Part shown: positions 17,384 through 25,956 of the stretch, in pieces | Numbering within the stretch: the first letter of the stretch is position 1 | Layout: the number at the start of each line of letters is the position of its first letter | Assembly (NCBI GenBank): GCA_964495705.1 | Contig: CAZBWS010000007.1 | Coordinates: 688 to 64,687 of the forward strand | Source of the DNA: an uncultured Gammaproteobacteria bacterium | GTDB taxonomy: Bacteria > Pseudomonadota > Gammaproteobacteria > HTCC5015 | DNA: 64,000 bases | Reading direction: 5' to 3' | Translations under genes and position numbers: made by a program | The notes under the pieces: generated by a model | The model's database searches: none | Seen by the model: only the letters and a program-made list of their open reading frames with translations | What the model was told of the DNA's origin: nothing

Positions 17384-19371
17384 GCCTATTTAACAACAAG
17401 CCAGCACTAGAGGCGGTTAAGAACCCCGTACTGAACTCTAAGCATCTCATTCTTCTGATGTTGGTGATTATCGTAGCTAGTACAGCACACTTTCTACGCA
17501 TGCCGATTACCCTTAGTGCTTTAATTATTAGTGCACTCGGCTTAAAGGTACTTATGTTGTGGCGTGGTCGTATTGCCGCTAATAGATTGATGTTATTACT
17601 ATTTACCATCGTAGTCACTGGCTTGGTGTTTATTAATTATGGCACTATCAATGGCCATGAAGCAGGTTCGGCTTTACTGGTGGGTATGTTAGGGCTGAAA
17701 TTATTGGAGGCTAAAAACCATCGTGACGCGATGATCTGCCTATTTCTAACTTATTTTCTCACAGCCGTTAACTTCTTGTTTACTCAAAGTATTGCCACTG
17801 CTGCTTGGATGTTTTGCCAAGTGACTATCATTACATTCTGCTTGATTACCCTGAGCCAAACCCAATATAAAAGCCCTTGGAAATTTAGAGCCAAATTTGC
17901 TGTTAGGAGCGTGCTGCAAGCCGTTCCTATAATGGTTGTTTTGTTTTTACTCTTTCCTCGGATACCAGGGCCCCTGTGGGGGATTCCGAAGCCAAATAGC
18001 TCCGCTACAACCGGTTTTTCGGACACTATGTCGCCAGGTCAATTTTCTGATTTGGCAAAATCAGCTTCAGTGGCTTTTCGAGTTAAGTTTGAAGGGGATA
18101 TTCCCCAACAAAACCAACTCTATTGGCGAGGCCTAGTACTGTGGCACTACGACGGGTTTACATGGAACAAGGGTAAAAGTGTCAACTCTTATGCCTCAGC
18201 TTTTGAAAAACAAGGTGAGGCAATCGATTATACAGTGACATTAGAACCACATAAAAAGAAAACCCTGTTTACCCTAGACATGCCCGGAGATTTTAAGAAT
18301 GCGTATAGGCTGGATAGGAACTTTCAACTCAGCGCTAAGCGCGCAGTTACCCAGGTGATCCAATATCAGGTTAGCTCATTCAACACGTATCGAATAAATG
18401 CACAGTTAGAGCCTTTTGAATGGCGCAAAGGCTTACAACTACCTCGTGATTACAACCCTCAAACTATTGCGCTGGGAAAGCAGTGGAAACAGGATATTGG
18501 GGATCCTGAGAAAATTGTTGATAAAGCGCTACATTTTTTTAATCAAGAACCGTTCTATTACACCTTACGTCCACCACCTTTAGGTAAGCATAAGGCGGAT
18601 GACTTCTTATTTAATACGCGCAAAGGTTTTTGCGAATATTATTCTAATGCATTTGTTATTTTAATGCGTGCAGCGGATATCCCCGCACGAGTAGTTGTCG
18701 GTTATATGGGGGGTGAGCGAAACCCTATTAATAACAATCTAACCATTCGTCAATCAGATGCCCATGCCTGGGCAGAGGTCTGGCTTAGTGGCCGTGGTTG
18801 GGTGCGTATCGACCCTACCGCTGCGGTTGCTCCGTCTCGTATAGAGCAAAATCTCGATGCCGCCTTACCTGAAGAAGATCGCAGCGCCCTGCCCTTTTTC
18901 AGTAAAGCCTCACCACTAAAAGGTCTAGTTAATCTTTGGGATGCTATCGATAATGGTTGGAACCAATGGGTGCTAGGCTACAACCCAGAGTTTCAACGCA
19001 AGTTTTTAGCGCGTTTTGGTCTCGAAGACTTTATGCAATTCACCTATGCCATGATCGGACTTATCGGTATTGCCTTAGCCCTGTTTAGTTTCTGGATGTT
19101 ACGCCCGATTAATAAAATAAAACTCACTGTAACCCAGAAGACATTTAAAAAATTCTGTCAACGCATGGCGACTAAAGGCTATACAAGAAATAGCCACGAA
19201 ACTGCTAGTGATTATATAAAGCGTTTAATAAAAGTGATGCCCCAGCAAGAGCGGCAATTACTAGAGATTGCCCGCACTTATAATCGCTTGCGCTATGAAA
19301 ATGAGACTAGCGATAGACTAGAACACTTTCAGAAGTTGGTTAATGGGTTTAAGGCTGATATTAAGCCATGA
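17380..19371 (+). CDS. tgpA: Transglutaminase TgpA-like membrane protein (DUF3488 + transglutaminase core)
   Basis: It has a polytopic N-terminal domain. The classical Cys-His-Asp core is GFCEYYSNAFVILMRAADIPARVVVGY...SDAHAWAEVW...WVRIDPT, followed by a C-terminal TM. The gene order is the same as the Pseudomonas moxR-DUF58-tgpA locus. Confidence 0.9.
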   Translation: MSLFNNKPALEAVKNPVLNSKHLILLMLVIIVASTAHFLRMPITLSALIISALGLKVLMLWRGRIAANRLMLLLFTIVVTGLVFINYGTINGHEAGSALLVGMLGLKLLEAKNHRDAMICLFLTYFLTAVNFLFTQSIATAAWMFCQVTIITFCLITLSQTQYKSPWKFRAKFAVRSVLQAVPIMVVLFLLFPRIPGPLWGIPKPNSSATTGFSDTMSPGQFSDLAKSASVAFRVKFEGDIPQQNQLYWRGLVLWHYDGFTWNKGKSVNSYASAFEKQGEAIDYTVTLEPHKKKTLFTLDMPGDFKNAYRLDRNFQLSAKRAVTQVIQYQVSSFNTYRINAQLEPFEWRKGLQLPRDYNPQTIALGKQWKQDIGDPEKIVDKALHFFNQEPFYYTLRPPPLGKHKADDFLFNTRKGFCEYYSNAFVILMRAADIPARVVVGYMGGERNPINNNLTIRQSDAHAWAEVWLSGRGWVRIDPTAAVAPSRIEQNLDAALPEEDRSALPFFSKASPLKGLVNLWDAIDNGWNQWVLGYNPEFQRKFLARFGLEDFMQFTYAMIGLIGIALALFSFWMLRPINKIKLTVTQKTFKKFCQRMATKGYTRNSHETASDYIKRLIKVMPQQERQLLEIARTYNRLRYENETSDRLEHFQKLVNGFKADIKP

Positions 19372-19401
19372 GGTTGCACTGATACTTTACAGATAGTGTA
19401 T

Positions 19402-19431
19402 AAAAAAGGCCTGCTTATGCAGGCCTTTTTT
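19402..19431. terminator. Bidirectional rho-independent terminator (tgpA and tRNA-Ser)
   Basis: AAAAAAGGCCTGC-ttat-GCAGGCCTTTTTT. Confidence 0.8.
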
Positions 19432-19438
19432 AATAATA

Positions 19439-19528
19439 TGGCGGTGAGACAGGGATTCGAACCCTGGGTACGCGTAAACGTACACACGCTTTCCAGGCGT
19501 GCTCCTTCAACCACTCAGACATCTCACC
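19439..19528 (-). tRNA. tRNA-Ser (anticodon GGA)
   Basis: The reverse complement reads GGTGAGATGTCTGAGTGGTTGAAGGAGCACGCCTGGAAAGCGTG...(long variable arm)...CAGGGTTCGAATCCCTGTCTCACCGCCA. The acceptor stem is 7 bp. The anticodon stem is CACGC/GCGTG with loop CTGGAAA. The T-loop is GGTTCGAATCC and the CCA end is encoded. Confidence 0.9.
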
Positions 19529-19622
19529 GTGGTTTGCTAATCTAGCCTAAGCTATTTCAACAAGGCCGCGAGATTACATGATTCAAAGCCTGCAGGCAAG
19601 TGATTCAATATTGCTTCTGGAG

Positions 19623-20354
19623 TTATTTAAGCTCTATACAATAGCGTGGGTTAAAATCTTCGCGTTCGGCTAGGCCGTGGTAGCCTCGAGGGTTACACAC
19701 TACACGAGTGTTGCCTAGTGTATAGTCTGACTGGCTATGAATATGACCGTGTACCCATAAGGCTGCTGGACAGTTTAATAACGCATTATCTAGGTCATTG
19801 CAGTAGGCGAACTGAAGGGCATCACTGGCGCTACGTGCCCAGCTGTGTTTACTGGGGGCGTGGTGAGAGACAACCACTTGGCGCTGGCCTTCATACTGTT
19901 CGAGCTGGCGCTGTAACCAGTCTAAACTCGCTTGGTGTTCACGATAAAGGTCATCGGCTGTTAAGGCGCGATTGTCTTCTTGGATGTATTTAAAGTCGTT
20001 TATTTTCGACTCCGCTTCCTCCATGACCCATTGATTGCCTTGGGCGTAGTCAGTCCAGAGGGTGCAGCCATGAAAAACAGTGCCGTCAATTTCGATGCTG
20101 TCACGTTCTAAAAAATGAATATTACTGCCCGAGCAGTCTTGGCGGAGTTGCTGTTGCGTGCTGTAGCGTTCCCCATGCCAATATTCATGATTGCCACAGA
20201 TATAAATAACCGGTTGCTTAAACTTTTTAAGCCATTCTATCGCTTTTTCTTGTACGTGGATATCGCCAGCCGCAATCACCACATCCGCATCGGTGTGCGG
20301 CACATCAATCATGCCAAATTCTAAGTGTAGATCTGAAAATATTTGCAGCTTCAC
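19623..20354 (-). CDS. Calcineurin-like metallophosphoesterase
   Basis: Motifs seen: FSDLHLEF, AGDIH, GNHEYW, VVVSHHAP and GHIH. Confidence 0.8.
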   Translation of the reverse strand: MKLQIFSDLHLEFGMIDVPHTDADVVIAAGDIHVQEKAIEWLKKFKQPVIYICGNHEYWHGERYSTQQQLRQDCSGSNIHFLERDSIEIDGTVFHGCTLWTDYAQGNQWVMEEAESKINDFKYIQEDNRALTADDLYREHQASLDWLQRQLEQYEGQRQVVVSHHAPSKHSWARSASDALQFAYCNDLDNALLNCPAALWVHGHIHSQSDYTLGNTRVVCNPRGYHGLAEREDFNPRYCIELK

Positions 20355-20404
20355 ATAACCCCCTATGTTGACTGCAGTATTACTTATTTAGTGGTGAAAG
20401 CAAA

Positions 20405-21004
20405 TTACTTAGGAGTAAACATATGCCCTAGTTTATTCACTTTAGTCGACAGGTAGCCCTCGCGTTCTGGTTCGTGGGGGGCGATGATTTCTAGCCGTTG
20501 TAGTACTTGAATATCAAACTTTTCTAAGGCGGCAACTTTGCGCGGGTTATTGGTCATTAAGCGTACTGACTGTATGCCTTCCAGTTTGAGCATGTCGGCG
20601 GCAACTTGATAGTCTCTGGCATCAGCGGGAAAGCCTAGGTGCTCATTAGCCTCCACGGTATCCATGCCTTCATCTTGCAGCTCATAGGCTTTAATTTTGT
20701 TGGCTAGACCAATGCCTCGTCCTTCTTGGCGCAAGTAAAGTAAGACACCATTGCCCTCTGCGGCTATATGGCCAAGGGCCATATCCAGTTGCTCGCCACA
20801 GTCACAACGCCTTGAGCCTAATACGTCGCCGGTCAGGCACTCAGAGTGCAGCCTCACTAACATGGCTTGATCAGTATTTTCTTTACGTTGACTCAATGCC
20901 ATATGCTCATACCCTGTTTCATCCACATAGACGGTGGCAATAAATTCGCCATGACGTGTGGGTAGACGGGCGGAACTGGTTTTTTTTACTGAGTACTGGG
21001 TCAT
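20405..21004 (-). CDS. ribA: GTP cyclohydrolase II
   Basis: It has the RLHSECLTGDVLGSRRCDCGEQL zinc motif and the LLYLRQEGRGIGLANKIKAYELQ segment. At 199 aa it is the typical RibA length. Confidence 0.9.
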   Translation of the reverse strand: MTQYSVKKTSSARLPTRHGEFIATVYVDETGYEHMALSQRKENTDQAMLVRLHSECLTGDVLGSRRCDCGEQLDMALGHIAAEGNGVLLYLRQEGRGIGLANKIKAYELQDEGMDTVEANEHLGFPADARDYQVAADMLKLEGIQSVRLMTNNPRKVAALEKFDIQVLQRLEIIAPHEPEREGYLSTKVNKLGHMFTPK

Positions 21005-21129
21005 ACAGAAAATATAGTTTTGAGGATTAGTAGCTCAATTATAACCTGTAAGGCAGGTAACTAGCTAAATACATTTATAGATATAAAAAAGGACAGCCTA
21101 GCCGCCCTTGTTTACATTTGATGTGTAAC

Positions 21130-21891
21130 CTAAAGTTTACACATAATCGCTTCAACGCGTACTAAGTCTTCAGGTACATCTACGCCTGGGCCTGGAGACT
21201 CAACAGCGTGAGCTACATAAATTTTAGCATCATGGCGCAAGGCTCTTAGTTGCTCAAGGCATTCAATTTCTTCTAAACGCCCCATCGACATAGAAGTGTA
21301 GCGCTTTAGAAATTCAGCGCGATAACCATAGATGCCAATATGACGAAGTGCATATTTAGGCGGCTCTTCTGGGTCACGATCACGAATAAAAGGAATGGGG
21401 GCGCGACTAAAGTAAAGTGCAAAATTCCTATTGTCGTGCACAACTTTTACGATATTGGGATCATCTAAGTCTTCATAATCATCTATTTTAGCGCACAGGG
21501 TCGTCATGTCCGCATCTTTGTGCAGCGATAGATCTGTGGCAACCTGTGTTAGCAAGGATGCTGGCGTCAACGGCTCATCGCCCTGCAAATTTACAATGAT
21601 AGTCTCATCGCCCCAGTCTTTCTTAGAGATGACTTCAGCAATTCGATCACTCCCTGACTCATGTTCTGAGGAGGTCATAACGACCTCTGCGCCAAAGGCT
21701 TCAGCGGCTACGCGAATTTTATCGTCATCTGTTGCAATCAGCACTTCATCAGCTCCTGCTTGCATGCCACGTTCCCACACATGCTGGATCATGGGCTTGC
21801 CACAGATCATTTCAAGGGGTTTGCCGGGAAAGCGATTGGACGCATAGCGCGCAGGAATAACAATTTTAAAGTCAACGACAGCAGAGCCCAT
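21130..21891 (-). CDS. kdsB: 3-deoxy-manno-octulosonate cytidylyltransferase (CMP-KDO synthetase)
   Basis: Motifs seen: VIPARYASNRFPGKPL and NLQGDEPL. I chose the start at internal Met13 (21891) to avoid overlap with ycaR; the track ORF extends to 21927. Confidence 0.9.
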   Translation of the reverse strand: MGSAVVDFKIVIPARYASNRFPGKPLEMICGKPMIQHVWERGMQAGADEVLIATDDDKIRVAAEAFGAEVVMTSSEHESGSDRIAEVISKKDWGDETIIVNLQGDEPLTPASLLTQVATDLSLHKDADMTTLCAKIDDYEDLDDPNIVKVVHDNRNFALYFSRAPIPFIRDRDPEEPPKYALRHIGIYGYRAEFLKRYTSMSMGRLEEIECLEQLRALRHDAKIYVAHAVESPGPGVDVPEDLVRVEAIMCKL

Positions 21892-21904
21892 AGCTCCACG
21901 GTTA

Positions 21905-22078
21905 CTAGGTGTTATTGGTGAGGTCACGAGCTTCTTCCTCCAACATGACTGGGATGCCGTCTCTGACGGGATACGCCAGGCCAGCTACTTCACTGATTAA
22001 CTCTTGGTTTTGTTCGTCATAACTTAGTTTACCCTGTGTTTTAGGGCAGACTAATATGTCTAATAGTGCTTTATCCAT
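21905..22078 (-). CDS. ycaR: Trm112/YcaR family small protein (UPF0434)
   Basis: The sequence [23 protein letters not shown]...[18 protein letters not shown] is the conserved YcaR pattern. It sits between lpxK and kdsB, as in many proteobacteria. Confidence 0.8.
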   Translation of the reverse strand: MDKALLDILVCPKTQGKLSYDEQNQELISEVAGLAYPVRDGIPVMLEEEARDLTNNT

Positions 22079-23093
22079 CGATTTTCTCACTTGCTAGCAA
22101 GTCTTGAATTTCGTTTAACAAGGCAGTGCTAAAATCATTTGGCAGCTGCGCTTCTACGGGGACATACAATAGCTTATCAGCGCCTAATTTTCGACACTTA
22201 ACGGCGTCTTTTTCGGTCATTAAGACCGGTAAGTCATCATCAAACTGTACATCAGCCAATTCAAAGTGGTGATGATCGGGTTTTGCATGCTCAATACACT
22301 GAATGCCCCGCTCTCTCAGTGTATTAAAAAAACGTTGCGGATTACCTATACCCGCAATGGCGTGTACCGTATTAGCACTAAAGTCTGTCAATGTAGCGAC
22401 CGGCTCATTATTGCTCACCGATAATACGCGATCTGCTATTAGGCGCATTACTGGAAAATGCTGGTAGTTTTGGCTATTCGCCACGATAAAGTTGACCTTA
22501 CGCAGGCGTTCAGGTGGCTCGCGCAAGGGCCCTGAAGGGAGCAAGTGCCCGTTGCCAAGGCCCCGTGTTCCATCGATCATGGCAATTTCTAGCTGCCTTC
22601 CCATGGCATAGTGCTGCATGCCGTCATCAGAGAGAATTAAATCCAGCTCATAATGAGCCAGCAACAACTTTATGGCTTGCACACGGTCTGCGCCCACTGC
22701 CATAGGACAGTGCAAGTGTTGGTAGATCATGTAGGGCTCATCGCCTACCTGCTCTGGTAGGCTATCCGCATTTAACAGGCTAGGCTCATGTTCACTGGCG
22801 GACTTATAGCCGCGACTCACAATACCTATGCGGATAGGCTCACCATCGGCTTTTTGTTTAGCTTGTAATAGCTTGCCTAGCCAAATAATAAAAGGGGTCT
22901 TCCCCGTACCGCCCACGCTAATATTACCCACGACTATAATAGGTACCGCGGCCTGGTACTGCGCTGACAAGCCTTTTGCATAGGCTTTTTGACGCCCCCA
23001 AACGACCGCTTTTAATACGTAACTTATGGGTCGCAGAGCTAGGCTGAGCGGGTGGGACTCATACCAAATGTCATTCCAGAGATTGTTGGGCAT
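22071..23093 (-). CDS. lpxK: Tetraacyldisaccharide 4'-kinase
   Basis: It has the P-loop [13 protein letters not shown] and the SRGY motif, with lpxK-ycaR-kdsB synteny. Confidence 0.9.
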   Translation of the reverse strand: MPNNLWNDIWYESHPLSLALRPISYVLKAVVWGRQKAYAKGLSAQYQAAVPIIVVGNISVGGTGKTPFIIWLGKLLQAKQKADGEPIRIGIVSRGYKSASEHEPSLLNADSLPEQVGDEPYMIYQHLHCPMAVGADRVQAIKLLLAHYELDLILSDDGMQHYAMGRQLEIAMIDGTRGLGNGHLLPSGPLREPPERLRKVNFIVANSQNYQHFPVMRLIADRVLSVSNNEPVATLTDFSANTVHAIAGIGNPQRFFNTLRERGIQCIEHAKPDHHHFELADVQFDDDLPVLMTEKDAVKCRKLGADKLLYVPVEAQLPNDFSTALLNEIQDLLASEKIDG

Positions 23094-24856
23094 CAGTGTT
23101 CGCTGAATTGCATTTTGTGTAACTGGGAGTAAGCGCCCTGCTTTGTTAGCAGTTCGGTATGGCTACCTTGCTCAATTATTCGCCCTTGCTCCATAACCAC
23201 AATCAAGTCAGCCTTTTCGATCGTCGAGAGGCGATGGGCAATCATTAATGTCGTTCGATTTTTAACCAATTCATCTAAAGCTGCTTGAATATGCCGCTCT
23301 GACTCCGTGTCCAGTGCGGACGTTGCTTCGTCTAAGATCAATATGGGTGAGTCTTTTAGTAGTGCTCGAGCAATTGATATACGCTGTCGTTGACCACCTG
23401 AGAGCTGCGCTCCACCCTCACCTACCAGGGCGTTAAAACCTTCTGGTTTAGCTTCAATAAAATCAATTGCACGTGCCGCTATAGCGGCTTGTCGAATCTG
23501 AGTGTCACTGAAACCTTCCATTTCACCGTAGGCGATATTATTGCGAATGCTATCGTCAAATAAGCGTATATCTTGACCCACATAAGAAATTTGTCGGCGT
23601 AAATCGCTCAGGCTATAGTCTTGGATGTTGTGATCGTCGAGTTTGATTGCGCCATTATCGACATCGTAAAACCGCGGTAATAAACTCGCTAGTGTTGTCT
23701 TGCCACTGCCAGAGGCACCAACCAAGGCAACGGTTTGCCCTGCCTTTATGCTTAGGTTTAAGTTGTTGATAGCAGCAGTTTCTGCGCCCTGATAGCTAAA
23801 ACCGACACCGATGAAGTCTAAATTACCGCGTGCCTTTTCAATAGTCGCCTGCCCTTCATCAAGCTCAGACTCTGAATCGATGATATCAAAAACCGATTGA
23901 GCTGCAGCCACTCCACGTTGGATTTGTAAATTTACTTTAGTTAATGATCGCAAAGGTGCAAATAAACCAGCAAAGGCAAAAAAGAAAGCCATAAACTCAC
24001 CAGCTTTCATGGGCGCTTCAATAAACATGCCCGTGGCGGCAACATAGATAATTAAGCCTAAGGATATCCCCACCAAAATTTGTACAAAGGGTGAGACTAG
24101 GCTATTTATAACTGCAAGCTTTAATTCTTGGCTGCGTGTGTAGTCATTCACTTTTCCAAAGCGTTGCTGCTCTGTTTTGTGCCCACCAAAGACTTTAATA
24201 ATGCGGTGTGCAGTAATAATCTCGCTCACTACTTGAGCTACATTGCCAACAGAGTCTTGAATTCGCTTGCTGTAGCGACGTACTGCCTTATTACCTAAAC
24301 CAACTAATAATAACATGACAGGAAAAATGACTAAAAACACTAAAACAAGTTTGGCACTGATCGTGCACATTATAAAAATAAGGCCGACACCCGTTAAGCC
24401 ATCACGAATCAAAATAGTAATTGATTTTGAGCAGGTATGCGAAAGCAGGCCAACGTTGTAAGTGACTTTTGATAATGCCTCGCCTGAGGAAGACCTGTCA
24501 TGCATACTGCTTGGGACATTCAGGTATTTTGAAAACAGCTGTTTACGGATGTCACGGATAACACTCATAGCAACATAATCCATACCATAGCTACCCATAA
24601 TTCCACCTAGCGCTCTTAAACTAACGGCTAGTATGATTAACATAGGTACCGTCCAGACGGCATTAGGGTCTTGTTGGGTAAAGACTTGTTCAACCAATGG
24701 CTCAACTTGTTTGACAAAAAAGGCGTTGGCTCCAGCAGTGATGACCATGCCAACGATGGCAAAATAAAATGCCAAACGATAATTTTTTGAATAAGCCAAA
24801 AGCCGTAGGTAGACAGCTTTAGTTGAATACTCTACGGCTTTATTATCGACTGCCAC
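23093..24856 (-). CDS. msbA: Lipid A export ABC transporter (permease/ATPase) MsbA
   Basis: It has six N-terminal TM helices. ABC motifs are Walker A GASGSGKTT, signature LSGGQRQR and Walker B LILDEATSALD. It is adjacent to lpxK. Confidence 0.9.
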   Translation of the reverse strand: MAVDNKAVEYSTKAVYLRLLAYSKNYRLAFYFAIVGMVITAGANAFFVKQVEPLVEQVFTQQDPNAVWTVPMLIILAVSLRALGGIMGSYGMDYVAMSVIRDIRKQLFSKYLNVPSSMHDRSSSGEALSKVTYNVGLLSHTCSKSITILIRDGLTGVGLIFIMCTISAKLVLVFLVIFPVMLLLVGLGNKAVRRYSKRIQDSVGNVAQVVSEIITAHRIIKVFGGHKTEQQRFGKVNDYTRSQELKLAVINSLVSPFVQILVGISLGLIIYVAATGMFIEAPMKAGEFMAFFFAFAGLFAPLRSLTKVNLQIQRGVAAAQSVFDIIDSESELDEGQATIEKARGNLDFIGVGFSYQGAETAAINNLNLSIKAGQTVALVGASGSGKTTLASLLPRFYDVDNGAIKLDDHNIQDYSLSDLRRQISYVGQDIRLFDDSIRNNIAYGEMEGFSDTQIRQAAIAARAIDFIEAKPEGFNALVGEGGAQLSGGQRQRISIARALLKDSPILILDEATSALDTESERHIQAALDELVKNRTTLMIAHRLSTIEKADLIVVMEQGRIIEQGSHTELLTKQGAYSQLHKMQFSEH

Positions 24857-25275
24857 TATTTACCTGCTACTTCACTGGTTGAGAGAGACATTTTCACCAA
24901 GCCTAACTTGCCGATCACATCCATGATAGTGACGACAGATTGATAGTCTGCCTTACCGTCGCCGCGAATAACAACATGACGATCTTTATTGCCTACGGTG
25001 ACTTTTTGAATCGCTTTTCGCAACGTGTCGGGGCTGGTATTAAGTAGTTCTTTGCCGTCTACAAAAAAGCGGCCGCGGGCATCCACGACAATTTCTAAGG
25101 GTCGATCTTTATCTTGACTCTCTTCAGCACTGGCCTCAGGTAAGTTAATTTGTAGTTCAGTTTCTTTTTGAAAAGTAGTCGTAATCATAAAGAAAATTAA
25201 CAACAGGAACACCACGTCAATTAACGGGGTAACATTGACATCTAACTCTTCGGCTTGGCGATTCTTAAAGTTCAT
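24856..25275 (-). CDS. exbD: ExbD/TolR-family biopolymer transport protein
   Basis: 139 aa. It has one N-terminal TM (NVTPLIDVVFLLLIFFMITT) and the typical ExbD periplasmic domain. Confidence 0.85.
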   Translation of the reverse strand: MNFKNRQAEELDVNVTPLIDVVFLLLIFFMITTTFQKETELQINLPEASAEESQDKDRPLEIVVDARGRFFVDGKELLNTSPDTLRKAIQKVTVGNKDRHVVIRGDGKADYQSVVTIMDVIGKLGLVKMSLSTSEVAGK

Positions 25276-25277
25276 GC

Positions 25278-25928
25278 CTAGGCCTCGCGCTCGCCTTGCA
25301 CAACTTCTACCAGTTTAATCGCTTCTTGTTCCATACCAACGACCAAGGCGTCAACGCGTGCACGAAAGTAACGATGGAAAATCAAGCTTGGAATGGCTAC
25401 TGAAATTCCTGCTGCGGTTGTAATTAAGGCTTTGGATATACCCCCAGCTAATAGTTCTGGGTCACCGACTCCTGCAGAGGTGATGACGGCAAATACTTGG
25501 ATCATACCAATGACTGTTCCCAGTAGGCCCAATAAGGGGGTAATCGCTGCTACAGTACCTAAAGCATTTAAGAAGCGTTCGAGCTCGTGAGCCACATGGC
25601 GGCCGGTCTCCTCAATACTCTCTTTCATGACTTCTCGTGAGTGCTTGCGGTTTATCAAACCAATAGCGAGAACACGCCCCAGTGGAGACCCCTCATAGAT
25701 ACTTTGAATTTTCTTGTCATCTAGCTTATTACTTTTAACCATATCCCAAATATCTGCGACCAATGATTTTGGCAGTACTTTTTCAGGCTTGAGGCTCCAA
25801 AAGCGTTCTACAACGATTCCTAAAGCTAAAATTGAGCAGGCTAGTATAGGAAACATTAAAATGCCCCCAGCTTGTATGATTGCAAACACAGTATTTGATC
25901 CGTTAATTTTTGAATATGCGCGAATCAT
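25278..25928 (-). CDS. exbB: MotA/TolQ/ExbB proton-channel family protein
   Basis: 216 aa with three TM segments. It has the conserved LGLLGTVIGMI and ALITTAAGISVAIP segments. Confidence 0.85.
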   Translation of the reverse strand: MIRAYSKINGSNTVFAIIQAGGILMFPILACSILALGIVVERFWSLKPEKVLPKSLVADIWDMVKSNKLDDKKIQSIYEGSPLGRVLAIGLINRKHSREVMKESIEETGRHVAHELERFLNALGTVAAITPLLGLLGTVIGMIQVFAVITSAGVGDPELLAGGISKALITTAAGISVAIPSLIFHRYFRARVDALVVGMEQEAIKLVEVVQGEREA

Positions 25929-25956
25929 ACTGTATTTAAGTCCTGCTTAAAAAGAC

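Noticed and set aside
17205-17618. 137-aa minus-strand ORF spanning the DUF58/tgpA junction. Similar antisense ORFs lie inside mfd (38510-40756), comEC, kdsB (21506-21847), dnaE and others.
   Set aside because: All lie antisense within well-supported conserved genes. Their translated sequences are low-complexity, Arg/Ser/Cys-rich and lack recognisable motifs. They are typical shadow ORFs.
19372-19622. A genomic-island integration site at tRNA-Ser (integrase, att repeats).
   Set aside because: There is no integrase, recombinase or transposase ORF anywhere in the window. I did not see a repeat of the tRNA 3' end within the window.
21005-21129. Possible FMN riboswitch upstream of ribA.
   Set aside because: The 125-nt gap is too short and lacks the conserved FMN-element core segments. 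I could not fold the characteristic multi-stem junction.
21892-21927. N-terminal extensions in the track ORFs of kdsB (to 21927), lolD (to 32149), pyrG (to 53012), comEC (to 28317), ftsB (to 49057), the 41894 ORF, ycaR (to 22090) and trpS (to 54152).
   Set aside because: The extensions overlap the upstream gene or lack similarity to the known N-termini. Internal Met codons reproduce the conserved family N-termini (e.g. [18 protein letters not shown] for PyrG), so I used those starts.
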